Assembly (NCBI GenBank): GCA_963755715.1 | Contig: CAVWLW010000073.1 | Coordinates: 32,001 to 96,000, forward strand | Reading direction: 5' to 3' | Length of the DNA stretch: 64,000 bases | DNA from: an uncultured delta proteobacterium | Lineage (GTDB): Bacteria > Desulfobacterota > Binatia > UBA9968 | Shown here: in pieces, positions 30,530 through 41,859 of the stretch | Numbering within the stretch: the first letter of the stretch is position 1 | Layout: the number at the start of each line of letters is the position of its first letter | Made by a program: the position numbers and the translations under genes | The notes under the pieces: model-generated | What the model was told of the DNA's origin: nothing | Database searches by the model: none | The model's input: only the letters and a program-made list of their open reading frames with translations

Positions 30530-31669
30530 ATGGGTATCACGGTCTGTATCGCTCCGGTAAGAACGCTGGAGTACCCCGAGGGCGGTGGTCATCTATGGGA
30601 GTATCTCAATTGGGCACTTGGGCTACGTGCAGTCGGCTGTAAAGTAATCTGGCTCGAAGCTGTAGCCCCTAATTCTCCACCTGCCGAACTACGAGCCAAC
30701 GTTTCCGCCCTGAAACTTCGTTTAGAGCGCTACGGTCTTGTGAATTCCTTGGCTCTCTATTCCTCGACTGACGGTCCTCTGCCTGCAGATTTAACCGCTA
30801 TGGGATGTCTGGACCTGGATGCCGCCGCAGCAAGGCGGATCTCTTGTTAGAGTTTCCCTATGACACTCCGCTGCATGTTGTAAAGCGTTTCCGGAGGTCA
30901 GCCTTGTTAGACATTGACCCGGGTTTATCGCAGACCTGGATCAGCAAAGGACGAATAAGCCTGACTCCGCACGATGTGTACTTTACGACCGGGGAGACCG
31001 TTGGTCAGGCGGGAACACGGATCCCTGATCTGGGATTGAATTGGATTTATACGCCTCCATGCGTGGCTCTCGACTGGTGGCCGCGGCATGAGGCAAAAAC
31101 TAAAGCGCCGTTTACCACCGTGGCTCACTGGTATGCCGGCGGATGGTTAGAGGACGATGCAAACGCACACTTGGACGACAAACGGAGCGGCTTTCTACCC
31201 TTCGTGGAGATGCCAAGTCTCACAGATCATCCGCTGGAGTTGGCTCTCGACTTGAAGCCAGCAGACGAGCAGTGGTGTATGCTTGGAAGACCGCGGCTGG
31301 CGTGTAGTTGACTCTCATAGAGTTGCGGCGACCCCATGGGACTATCAGCGCTACATTCAAGACTCTTTCGGTGAGTTTAGTTGCGCCAAACCCGCTTGTT
31401 TGAAACTCGAAAATGCCTGGGTCAGCAACCGAACACTTTGCTACTTGGCCAGCGGCAAGCCAGCCGTTGTCCAACATACAGGGCCGAGTCGATTTCTGCC
31501 GGATTCCGCCGGATTATTTCGGTTCCGCGACCTAAAGCAAGCGGCGCAGTTCGTTGAGAAAGTAGTGATCGATTACGAGAACCAGTGCAAGCTCGCTCGG
31601 GCTCTGGCGGAGGAGTACTTCGATGCAAGGAATGTCGTTGGAGTTCTCCTCGAACGGGCGTTGTCGTAA
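30530..31669 (+). CDS. Uncharacterised GT-B-like protein, paralog 1 (frameshifts near 30830 and 31280)
   Basis: GGGHLWEYLNWALGLRAVG at the N-terminus and GEFSCAK...WVSNRTLCYLASGKPAVVQHTG at the C-terminus; homologous to the next two genes. Confidence 0.75.
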
Positions 31670-31748
31670 ATTGAATTATGGATTCGTCTCTGGCGCGTAA
31701 TTGATAGCGCTTCACACCGGCTCGACGGACCAGATCCAGAGGTCGGCA

Positions 31749-32972
31749 ATGAGCAGAAATTTGCGACTCATTATTATGGGCATACTGGGACGAACGCCGT
31801 TAGCAGGAGTGTCGTGGCAGGTCTTGCATTTTCTTGAAGGCTTCCGACGGCTGGGGTACGACGTTTACTATATCGAGGATACTGGAGGCTGGGCGTATAA
31901 TCCTCTGCAGAAGACACACGGCAATGGGTCCGAAAATACCCATGCTAGCAACTGCCAATACGCCGTCAATTATGTGGCCAAACTCATGTCTTCGTTCGGC
32001 CTGCAGGATCGTTGGGCTTACCGGTCCCGGGTAGACGACCGGTTCTTTGGGCTCTCCGAGACGCAGGTGTCGCGCTTGTTCGAAAGCGCCGATGCGTTAG
32101 TTAACTTGACCGGCTCGACGCAGCTCTTCGAAGAGCACGCTCGCGTCCCGGTACGTATTTATCTTGAGACTGATCCCGTCACACGCCAGATTGAGTTGGT
32201 TCAAGGTGATCGCAAGGCAATCGACCTACTCGAAGCTCACACGCATTATTTCACCTATGGCGAAAACTTCGGGGCGCCGGATTGCAGTGTGCCCTTAACC
32301 CGGTTCAATTACCAGCCAACGCGCCAGCCCATTGTTCTAGATTGGTGGACACATGACGCACGGTTAGGATCGGAGCTAAACGATCAGCCCAACGTTCGGG
32401 CCTGTTTCACGACGATAGCGAAGTGGCGACAACCGGGCAAAGATATCGAGTGGAACGGAGAGACTTATTCCTGGAGCAAGCATGTCGAGTTTCTAAAATT
32501 CATTGATCTGCCACGTCGTAGCGGACAAGAGTTCGAGCTCGCCTTGGCATGGGAAGACGAGAAAGACGAAGAGGCGATTCCCCAATTGACATCGCATGGG
32601 TGGAGAGTCATCGACGCAATCTCGCTGTCATTAAACATCGCGCCTTATCGCGAATATATCCTCGGCTCACGGGGCGAGTTTACCGTCGCCAAGGACCAAA
32701 ACATTCGCCTTCGAAGCGGCTGGTTTAGTGACCGAAGCGCTTGCTACTTAGCCGCGGGAAAACCCGTCGTGACTCAGGACACCGCCTTCGGTAACATCCT
32801 GCCAATCGGCCGCGGGCTTTTTGCTTTTCGGAATATGGAGGACATCCTGACGGCAATCGACACGATTGAGAGCGATTATGAACAACACTGCCGGGCTGCA
32901 CGTGAGATTGCGGAGGAGTATTTCGCCGCAGAGAACGTGCTGCGCAGTCTAATTGAGCGAGTCGGTCTGTGA
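31749..32972 (+). CDS. Uncharacterised GT-B-like protein, paralog 2 (intact)
   Basis: GVSWQVLHFLEGFRRLGYDVYYIED and GEFTVAKDQNIRLRSGWFSDRSACYLAAGKPVVTQDTAF. Confidence 0.85.
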   Translation: MSRNLRLIIMGILGRTPLAGVSWQVLHFLEGFRRLGYDVYYIEDTGGWAYNPLQKTHGNGSENTHASNCQYAVNYVAKLMSSFGLQDRWAYRSRVDDRFFGLSETQVSRLFESADALVNLTGSTQLFEEHARVPVRIYLETDPVTRQIELVQGDRKAIDLLEAHTHYFTYGENFGAPDCSVPLTRFNYQPTRQPIVLDWWTHDARLGSELNDQPNVRACFTTIAKWRQPGKDIEWNGETYSWSKHVEFLKFIDLPRRSGQEFELALAWEDEKDEEAIPQLTSHGWRVIDAISLSLNIAPYREYILGSRGEFTVAKDQNIRLRSGWFSDRSACYLAAGKPVVTQDTAFGNILPIGRGLFAFRNMEDILTAIDTIESDYEQHCRAAREIAEEYFAAENVLRSLIERVGL

Positions 32973-33179
32973 GAAAGCGCGAATTGGTGTCATCGCTGGA
33001 GTTTTTAACGTTAGAACCGGGCTATGAGAGAGACTAACTAATCGCGCTTTACATTTCGACTCGCGATTAATGGGCGGACAAGTTGTCAGCTCATCTTGTT
33101 GGACTAAAAAGTGACGGTGTTGATGATTCTATATGAGCAAGTTTCGCCAAGCACTGAATTCGCTGCCTGCTTTTGAAAA

Positions 33180-34399
33180 ATGACGGCTTCTTCTTTGCGT
33201 GTGATCGTCACAGGTTTCATTGGTCACCAGCGTTTGCTGGGGGGCGTCGCCTGGGACTACTTGAATGTAGTACTGGGCATGAAGCGGCTTGGACACGATG
33301 TCTATTACATAGAGGATTCAGGATGCTGGCCCTACAACGACGTTGATGGTCCGTCAGGAGGCGACTGGACAGATTGGAACCCGCAACCGACTGTCGAGCA
33401 TCTCAGCAAGGTCATGTCAGCTTTCGACCTTGATCATAAATGGGCTTATCAGTTTCCGCCTAAGTCTGAATGGTTTGGGCTTTCGAGTATGGATCGAAAA
33501 GAAGTCATTGAATCGGCCGACCTGCTTATCAATGTATCCGGAACTCTCGAAAAGCCGTGGGATTATCGAACAGTAAAGAGATTAATTTATATCGATACGG
33601 ATCCAGTATTTTGTCAAATAGGAGCGGAAACCGGCGCCGATTCAAGGATAATGAGAGCAACGTTTAGATGCGCACGATGTATTTTTTACACTTGGTGAAT
33701 GCTTGAGTTCTAACGACGCAATTCCAAACCTAGACTACAAGTGGAATACCACAAAATATCCTATCGTTCTCGACCAGTGGCGTGATGACTCAGCTGACCG
33801 GAAATGGATTTACAACAATAATGAATTGGACAAGCTATGATTCGCTTACTTACCATAATAAGCGCTATGGGCAAAAAGATGCTGAATTCATGAAGTTCAT
33901 AGAACTGCCGCAGAAAGTCTTCCCTACCCCGCTTGAAGTCGCCCTATATAAACCCAGAGTGAAGAGTTCACGCAATTTTGCGGTTTCAGCACCTCTCGAT
34001 CTTCTAGAATCATCAGGATGGAAGATTGTTGATGCTTCGGAGGTTTGTCCCGATTTCTATACTTATCGTCGATATATTCACCAATCAAAAGCGGAATGGA
34101 GTGTGGCCAAAGGTGGCTATGTCGTAGGGAGATCGGGTTGGTTCAGCTGTCGATCAGCCTGCTATCTCGCTGCCGGTCGTCCCGTGGTTGTCCAAGATAC
34201 CGGCTTCAGCAAAGTGTTACCGGTCGGCGAAGGCGTAATCGGTTTCAGCACATTTGATGAAGCTGAAGCCGGCATTCGCGAGGTCGAAGCAAACTATCAA
34301 CGGCACGCGAAAGCCGCGCAAGATATCGCCGAAGCGTATTTCGACTCAGACAAGGTGTTAAACCGCCTGCTGGAGATAGCTATGGATCACAAGGGATAG
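33180..34399 (+). CDS. Uncharacterised GT-B-like protein, paralog 3 (frameshifts between about 33650 and 33785)
   Basis: GVAWDYLNVVLGMKRLGHDVYYIED and AEWSVAK...SGWFSCRSACYLAAGRPVVVQDTGF. Confidence 0.8.
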
Positions 34400-35329
34400 G
34401 TGATAAAGGCGGCGTTTTTGTTGCCGGACTGGTGCAAAGTACGCGAAATACTCGGAGGCTTTATGCTCGTACCGGATCGCATGGCCAAATTGTGGCAAAG
34501 TGTAGAAGCAGGACAAATGAGTCCTGAAGATTGCGTAAGCGAACAAGAAGTGTTGTTGGAGCCTTACCGCGCAGAATGGACAAAGGCGCAATTGTGTAAC
34601 GGGGAGACGGACCTCCGAGCCAGCCTGCTAAAAGAAGTAGCCGCCTACTATCACGTTTCGGATCTCGCCGAGATTGATCGCGTCGTGTGATTCGGCGGTC
34701 GACACATTAAAGTCTGAGTGGGAAAAAACGGTCGACTCTCGGCAGCGCTCCAGCGTAGAGAGTTTCTACGAAACCAAGACGCACATCTACGATCTAATGA
34801 ATTGGCATACGCTGAGGGACGACAGCGGACCCTTGGCGTACGTCGTGGCCCTGCAGATCGCGCGCGCCCACAGCGTCCGCAGCTGCCTGGACTTCGGTTC
34901 CGGTGTGGGATCCGGAGGGCTGTTATTCTCCCGCGCCGATATCGACACGACACTGGCGGACATTTCCACTACGCTTCTTGATTTCGCGCGGTGGCGCTTT
35001 GACCGACGGCGGCTCCCCGCGCGCTTTGTGGATTTGAAAGATACGTCCTTGCCGGAGTCTAGCTTCGATATGATTCTGGCTATGGACGTGTTCGAGCATC
35101 TGGTCGAGCCGGTAGAAGTAATCCGAGCGACTTTGGCGTGCCTATGAAACCAGGCGGGCTATTGTTTGCACGAATTCACGCAGCGGTAGACCCGAGCCAT
35201 CCGCAACACATTGTGGAGGACTTCGGCCCAACCTTTGCCAGGATGGAACAGCTGGGTTTCATGGAGAAATGGCGTGATCGAGCATTGTGGGGGCATTTAC
35301 TTTTCCAAAAGTGCGGTTCACCGAATTGA
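34400..35329 (+). CDS. Class I SAM-dependent methyltransferase (two frameshifts)
   Basis: CLDFGSGVG motif I and DVFEHL across three adjoining ORFs. Confidence 0.75.
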
Positions 35330-35541
35330 GCAATGGGCGTAGGTTGTGAACTCGTCAGCTAGAGTCTTGTTGGTATTGTTTGCAACGTCGGAACTTGGCT
35401 GTCGATTTCAAAGAACAAGACACTGAAAAAATGCGTGAAGGTAATTACGAAACCCGATGCAAATCTACGCGACTGAGCGATCCGCAGGCTTCGCCACGGA
35501 TCGGGATTCGTTTGCGGTTGAACTTCTACAGGATAAACAAC

Positions 35542-36230
35542 ATGTCCAAACAAAACCTGAAAGTGAAAGAAAACTGGCGCCACTGGACGCCCGAGCTAGC
35601 CAAGATTTTCTTGCGGTCGGGTCCGGAAGGAAAGAGTCATCCGTCCCGGGTGCGAGTCCTTAGCTTGCTCGAAGGTCTGTCATCCGTTCTCGACGTTGGC
35701 TGTGGTAATGGCGTCATGTTTGAAATGATCCGCGAGAGAAGGCTTGATCTGGACTATCTCGGAATTGATGTAACCGAAAACTTTTGCAGGTGGCACGCCA
35801 GCTGTTTCCAGCTGACGCTCATCGGTTCCGGCAAATGTCACTGTATGACTTAAAGAAATTGCGGCGCAAGTTTGACGCGGTCGTGTGCCGTCACGTGCTT
35901 GAGCATTTACCGGATTACGTCCCCGCAGTTCAGCACCTGTATTCCTGCGCTAGGAAAAAACTGATTCTTGTATTTTTTCTACCTCCTCAGCCTCTTTCGT
36001 CTGGTCGCAAGCGAGACGGGAAGTTTGAGCGTGATTTTTATAATCATACCTACGACCTAGGAAAATTCGTTAATCATCTTTCAACCGAGCTTTCGCCCCC
36101 GCCTAGCGAGATTCGAATCCATCTTCGACAGGGAAAGAGCGATTCCAGGATGCCTTGGGCAGATCGCCAAAACGTCATTTACGAAGTGATTCGGCCGACC
36201 AAGAAAGGGCCTCTGACAACGTTGAAATGA
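35542..36230 (+). CDS. Class I SAM-dependent methyltransferase (frameshift near 35785)
   Basis: VLDVGCGNG, GIDVT, FDAVVCRHVLEHL motifs. Confidence 0.8.
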
Positions 36231-36333
36231 AGGGAGTCGGCAGTCGCTACAGAAACGAAATTGTTTAGACGCGTTGGCCGCTAGATACTGCGGTCTACGG
36301 CTAGTCTCTGTGACTAATACGTTTAAGTGCTTG

Positions 36334-37491
36334 ATGACCGAGATCAAGACTCAAAATGACCGAGCCCATTATATGCCCCAGCTTGATGGCCTGCGGGCGT
36401 TCGCCGTTGGCGCTGTGCTGATTCATCACTTTTTTCAGCCAGCAAGGATTGCCGGCGTGGACCTTGCCCTTCTGGGCGTTTGGCTTTTCTTCGTTCTAAG
36501 CGGCTTCTTGATAACGGGAATCTTGTTACGATCACGGGATCAAGTGGACTATGGTGGCTCTCCGAGCGGTTTCGTCCTCCGACAATTTTATCTCCGCCGC
36601 TTCCTACGCATTTTCCCCTTGTACTATTCGGTACTCTTTATGGCGGCAACGATTGATCTGGGCGACGTGCGTGACACGATCTTCTGGCATTTAACTTACC
36701 TATCAAACTATCTTTTTGCGACGCGCCAGTATTGGGGGCCAATGACCGCCCACTTCTGGTCATTATCAGTCGAGGAGCAGTTTTATATCTTGTGGCCTGC
36801 GCTGATTTTGTTTGCTCCGCGTCGACTTCTGCTGAAACTTGTCATCTCCGCGATCGCTATCGGCCCAATCTTCCGAGTGGCTGCCCATTTTCTTGACTTT
36901 AACTGGATTGCACGGCTGACCGTTTTACCGGCGTCCCTCGATGCTCTCGGGCTTGGGGCCCTATTAGCCTACTGTTCACATCATGCGGGCGAGAGACCGA
37001 TACTGATCAAACGTCTTAAGCAAGGCATCTATTGGCTAGGCGTCCCCGGCTTAATCGTGCTTCTTGGCCTGCAAAAACTAGAAAACTATAACCTAGTCAG
37101 TGATGTGACGGTGAATTCGTGGTTCATTGAACCCGTGCTTTGGGCACTGATGTTTGTCTGGGTGATCAATCGCGCCTCATTGGGATTTACCGGCGTCGGA
37201 GCCAAAATTCTCGAGTTCAAGCCGCTGGCGTACACAGGCAAGATAAGTTACGGAATTTATGTCTACCACCCATTCGTATATGCGCTTCTCCCTATTCTGT
37301 TCTACAGGACAGGCGTCGATTTTTTTCTTCTGCCGCGACTGCTGCAGTTCGGGCTGCTTGTTGGAACTACAGTGGGAATGGCCGCGCTGTCGTGGTACTT
37401 CCTTGAAAGCCCAATCAACTCCCTGAAGAATCATTTTACTTATGCTGAGCAGAACGCACGCAGCGGGATCCAACGGCTCAAAGCAGTTTGA
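36334..37491 (+). CDS. Membrane O-acyltransferase (acyltransferase-3/OafA family)
   Basis: LDGLRAFA, FFVLSGFLIT, FYLRRFLRIFP, HFWSLSVEEQFY, GKISYGIY motifs. Confidence 0.93.
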   Translation: MTEIKTQNDRAHYMPQLDGLRAFAVGAVLIHHFFQPARIAGVDLALLGVWLFFVLSGFLITGILLRSRDQVDYGGSPSGFVLRQFYLRRFLRIFPLYYSVLFMAATIDLGDVRDTIFWHLTYLSNYLFATRQYWGPMTAHFWSLSVEEQFYILWPALILFAPRRLLLKLVISAIAIGPIFRVAAHFLDFNWIARLTVLPASLDALGLGALLAYCSHHAGERPILIKRLKQGIYWLGVPGLIVLLGLQKLENYNLVSDVTVNSWFIEPVLWALMFVWVINRASLGFTGVGAKILEFKPLAYTGKISYGIYVYHPFVYALLPILFYRTGVDFFLLPRLLQFGLLVGTTVGMAALSWYFLESPINSLKNHFTYAEQNARSGIQRLKAV

Positions 37492-39139
37492 CTGTGATTC
37501 CCTCACGTACCCAGGCAGCCGCTCTTTATCTTTATTAAAGACTTTGGCTCCAGGTGCAGTTCTGCTTTTCATATACTCCTCCGCCATTTTTTTGCTTCAT
37601 CCTTTGCCTAACCTCCCTTTTCACGATGACTGGACTTACGCTTGGAGCGTTGAACATTTTCTAAACACGGGTGAACTCCAGGTTCTTGACTGGTCCGTTC
37701 ACTATCCATTCGTGCAAATTCTTTGGGGCGCCTTGTTTTGCCTACCTTTCGGGTTTTCATTTTCTGCTCTTAGAGTTTCCACAGTGGTGCTCGCGTGGGT
37801 TGGGGCCGTGGCCTTATATGGTACGTTGCGCGAGTTGGGACGGGCTCGCAGCGAGAGTCTTATTGCCACTGTTGTCCTTGTTGCCAATCCTGTGTTTTTT
37901 GTCCTGGGCTTCTCCTTCATGACGGATGTCCCGTTTGTCAGCTTCGCCAGCGTGGCATTTTTCTTCGTCACCCGGGGACTTTCCCGGAAAAGCCCTTCTC
38001 AAATCTATCTCGGGTGCATTTTTGCGGCGTGTGCCCTCTTCATAAGACAAATAGCCGTTGCGATACCAGCCAGCCTACTGCTTTATTTTCTTTTTACGCC
38101 ATCTCACAGGTCGTGGAGATATCTTTTACCCACCAGTGGAATTTGTTTACTGTTCTTCCTTGCCCCTATTTTAATTGCTCAAATCTTTGGTGTGACGTCC
38201 GCGTCTAAATCGCTGACGACTTGGGTGATCGATTTTTGGCTTCATCGTTATACCCAAGCAGTGCCCGGCCTACTGCGAATCTTCATCCATACCGGCCTTG
38301 CCCTTTTCCCTCTGAGCATGCCTATAGTCGCCTCTGTCTATAGGCGTCCTTTGTTTTGGGTTGTTGTTGCCGCTTTATCTATTCTAACGGCCTGCTCGAT
38401 TTTGATTGCGGGTGAAATTCCCAATGTGCAAGATGGCATGTGGCAGTTGAATACCCTCGGCAGAGAACGTCACTTATTGCAGGGCTCGCCAGCTCGTGAT
38501 TTCTTGCCTCCGTGGTTGAATCCTCCTCTTTTCGTACTTTCGCTTTTTTCTTCTGCGGTGGTTATTGTGAAAGTGGTCGATGTGATCCTTGCCGGTATTG
38601 GAAATCCACTTGGCCTTTTCGTTTTGTACGGGTCCATTCAGTTTGCCCTAATCATGGTTCTCTGGTTCTTTGGTCCATGGGGTTCTGATCGGTACTCTAT
38701 GGTCCTATTCCCGCCTCTGATCATCATACTTACGAATAGCCAGATAAAAGCAAAGGTGGTGGCGCTCGCAGGTGTCACCGTTCTGTTTGCTTTATCGATG
38801 CTCGTAACTTGGAACGAGACCCAAACTAGTCGCGCTATCGCTCAAGGGGTAGCATGGCTGCGCGCAAGGAATATTCCTTTTGCCAGTATTGATGCAGGAT
38901 ACGTGTTCAACGGCTGGAACCTTTATGCCCATTCCGAAAATCTACCGCCTGGAGCTATACCTGGCAGAGATGTTCCTTTGGTCACATCAGCGGAGAAGAA
39001 ACCTTATGTGGTCGCAGCTTCTCCTATAGCGGGCTATAGAGTAATTCATGAATATAGCTGGGCAATTCCACTCACATCTTTCAAGCCTAAAGTTTACGTA
39101 GTAGAGCAGCTATCTCAAACGTCGAAGAACAAAGACTAA
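37442..39139 (+). CDS. GT-C fold membrane glycosyltransferase (PMT/ArnT/GT39-like)
   Basis: DDWTY loop, SFMTDVPF, IRQ, many TM helices. Confidence 0.8.
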   Translation: MLSRTHAAGSNGSKQFDCDSLTYPGSRSLSLLKTLAPGAVLLFIYSSAIFLLHPLPNLPFHDDWTYAWSVEHFLNTGELQVLDWSVHYPFVQILWGALFCLPFGFSFSALRVSTVVLAWVGAVALYGTLRELGRARSESLIATVVLVANPVFFVLGFSFMTDVPFVSFASVAFFFVTRGLSRKSPSQIYLGCIFAACALFIRQIAVAIPASLLLYFLFTPSHRSWRYLLPTSGICLLFFLAPILIAQIFGVTSASKSLTTWVIDFWLHRYTQAVPGLLRIFIHTGLALFPLSMPIVASVYRRPLFWVVVAALSILTACSILIAGEIPNVQDGMWQLNTLGRERHLLQGSPARDFLPPWLNPPLFVLSLFSSAVVIVKVVDVILAGIGNPLGLFVLYGSIQFALIMVLWFFGPWGSDRYSMVLFPPLIIILTNSQIKAKVVALAGVTVLFALSMLVTWNETQTSRAIAQGVAWLRARNIPFASIDAGYVFNGWNLYAHSENLPPGAIPGRDVPLVTSAEKKPYVVAASPIAGYRVIHEYSWAIPLTSFKPKVYVVEQLSQTSKNKD

Positions 39140-39219
39140 CCTCCGTAGGCAACTGTGCTTGGTTGCAGCAAATCACAGTATAGCCGTAAACTTTTTTCTG
39201 CCGTTGGCACCTGAGCAGT

Positions 39220-40900
39220 TTGATGTCGAGAAATAAACTTACGCTGCTCGGAGCGCTATTTCTTCTCCTCGTTTTTGTCGCGCAGGGAATTTTATTCATC
39301 CAAGCCAACTCTCAAACTGTCGATGAGGCCATGCATCTCGCAGCAGGCTATTCTTATCTTGCGAAAAAAGACTTTCGTATCGAGCCGCAAAATCCGCCCC
39401 TCATTAAGGAACTTCTAGCTCTTCCACTTTTTCTCAGTTACAGACTGCCTTTCAATCCAGATCCTCAACATTGGCGCGACAGCAGATGGTTACTTGATCG
39501 GACGGGACTTACTTTACAACTCGACGCCCAGTGCGGATCGAATGCTTGCTTTGACTCGGTTCCCTAATTTATTTCTCGGCACCATCCTGGTAGCGCTCAT
39601 CGGATGGTGGGCCTACCGCCTTTGGGGCAGTCGGGCAGCCTTGCTGGCCATGGCGCTTGCGTCTTTCGAACCCAATCTCGTTGCCCATTCCTCTCTCGTG
39701 ACCACCGATATCGGAGTCACTTTGTTCATTTTTCTTACCGTCTATCTTTTCTGGGAATATGTGAATCGACCCACATGGACGTTTTTGGTCGGTACCGGCA
39801 TTTCGACAGGTATGGCCCTGGTTGCCAAATATTCAGCCGTTCTGGTCATCCCGATAATTGCTCTGCATCGTTGCTGCTTCTTTTTTGACTGGCAGCAAGC
39901 CTGCTGTTCCGTTGCCCAAAACGTGGAACCCAAATAAACCACGACACAAACTTCTCCAAGCGGCGGCGGTTCTTTCGCTTATACTTTTTGTTGCATTGCT
40001 GACGATTCCTCCAGCCTACTTGTTTCAAGGATTCCAGCCCTGGTTATCCGGCTTTCATCAATTTCTGACTTTGTCACAGGAAGGCTTACCGGCCTTTTTC
40101 TTTGGCGAATATTCTTGGCACAACTGGTGGGGCTATTTCCCGCTCGCCTTTCTCATCAAGACACCCGTGGGCAGCCTGGTGCTCGTCACTATCTCGCTTG
40201 TTTTCTACCGCACCGGGAGTCCTCTCGGATACCGCCAAGCATTATTTCTTGTGCTACCGGTTACCCTAATCTTTCTCGCCATGACGCAGGCGAAGACGAA
40301 TATCGGCCTGCGTCATATTCTTCCCGTTTATCCGTTTCTCTTCGTCCTGGCCTCGCGTACGGCGACCCTTCGCTTTCGCCGCCCTTCGCTCGCGCTGTTA
40401 CTGATTGGGATCCCGCTCGCCTGCACGGCTATATCGTCGTTGCGCATCGCGCCGCATCAGCTTGCGTATTTCAACGAATCGGTCGGCGGTCCGGAGCAGG
40501 GTTACCGTTACTTAAGCGATTCCAATCTGGATTGGGGCCAAGATCTAAAAGGACTGAAGGCGTACATGGAAAGGAAAAGCTTCCGATTATCTATCTGTCC
40601 TATTTCGGAACGGCACCGCCGGCGTATTACGGCATTCGCTACCAAGATGTCGCTAGTAAAGGCACCCTAGGACCGCCCCCGCCTGAGAAGGTTCCGGCCG
40701 ATGCACCGCGCAAGATCCTTGCGATCAGCGCTTACAATTTGCAAGACGTTTCGAAAGCCGACAATCCGCTGTTTCGGTGGCTCTGGACGCGACGACCGAT
40801 AGCAAAGATCGGCTACTCGATTTTTGTCTACGATCTGACCAATGATCAAGAAGGTATAATTAAACTGGAGGAAATTTACGTTAAACCAAGATCACCCTAA
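39220..40900 (+). CDS. GT39/ArnT-like membrane glycosyltransferase (three frameshifts)
   Basis: TVDEAMH, NPPLIK, LVTTD, LSDSNLDWGQDL, IGYSIFVY across four ORFs. Confidence 0.82.
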
Positions 40901-41018
40901 CGCCCAAGCTGTGGGATCAGCATTTGACCTTCTTCTTGGCGACAACCGAAACTGCTCGGCTGATAAGTCGCAAACAGCCCTTTGACGTTTGGTCGGCGGT
41001 GTGGGATGGCGGGAGAGA

Positions 41019-41768
41019 TTAACGCACCGCCTCAAAGGCCATCGATTCCCAACTGTTGATCAGCCAAAGATCCGAGCCTTCGTTGCGTGTACGAATTTCA
41101 ACCTGGCGGAAAACGGGATCGGTCTTCTCGTCAACACGGTATTCGGTGATCTGCCTGAATCCCGCCAGTTCGAAACTCTTGCGTAGCGTTGCTGGGTCGT
41201 AGAGGAACTGATGACCCCAATCACGGACTTGGCGGTTAAAGATATATGCACCGGTCACGGGACTCTCGGGCCAGCCATGGAATCGCATCTTCGCCTCCAT
41301 GAACCGCTTTGCGTCGGCATCCGGGTTTTCTCTTAATAATTGAACGAATTTTGCCAGATTTGGGGATACGATGCGCAATTTTCCACCTGGTGCAAGTACG
41401 CGATAGCACTCCTTTAGCATTGCTAGACCGCCTTCCCAAGGGACAGCCTGGATCATATGCTCGCTAAAAATGTACTGGAAGGATCCATCTGGGAATGGAA
41501 ATGGTTTGGTAGCATCGACGTAGACCTCCTCACCGGTGGGGAAAATATCGGTATTCAACCATTCCGTCGGGTCGTTACCGCCAGCTCCAAGATGCAGCTT
41601 GCGAATCGAGTGTGATTCGAGATAATCGCGAATGACTCCTGGGTCCCTGATCTCGCGCCGATAAAAGTTGTTCGCTATGTTTCGGACATTGGTTATGGCC
41701 AGTGAGGCAATGCATGCGATCATGGCCAATAAAAACCACCAGAACCAGTTTGCTTTTGTGAATTTCAT
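41019..41768 (-). CDS. Membrane-anchored class I SAM-dependent methyltransferase
   Basis: N-terminal TM helix, KLHLGAG, WLNTD, FSEHMI, RVLAPGG motifs. Confidence 0.82.
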   Translation of the reverse strand: MKFTKANWFWWFLLAMIACIASLAITNVRNIANNFYRREIRDPGVIRDYLESHSIRKLHLGAGGNDPTEWLNTDIFPTGEEVYVDATKPFPFPDGSFQYIFSEHMIQAVPWEGGLAMLKECYRVLAPGGKLRIVSPNLAKFVQLLRENPDADAKRFMEAKMRFHGWPESPVTGAYIFNRQVRDWGHQFLYDPATLRKSFELAGFRQITEYRVDEKTDPVFRQVEIRTRNEGSDLWLINSWESMAFEAVR

Positions 41769-41859
41769 CGCTGCCGAAAGAAGAGAACATTTTCTGGATT
41801 GCGATACCGGCGACCACTTTACGCTGTTCTTAGGTCTAATTTAAATTCCGAGTAATCGC

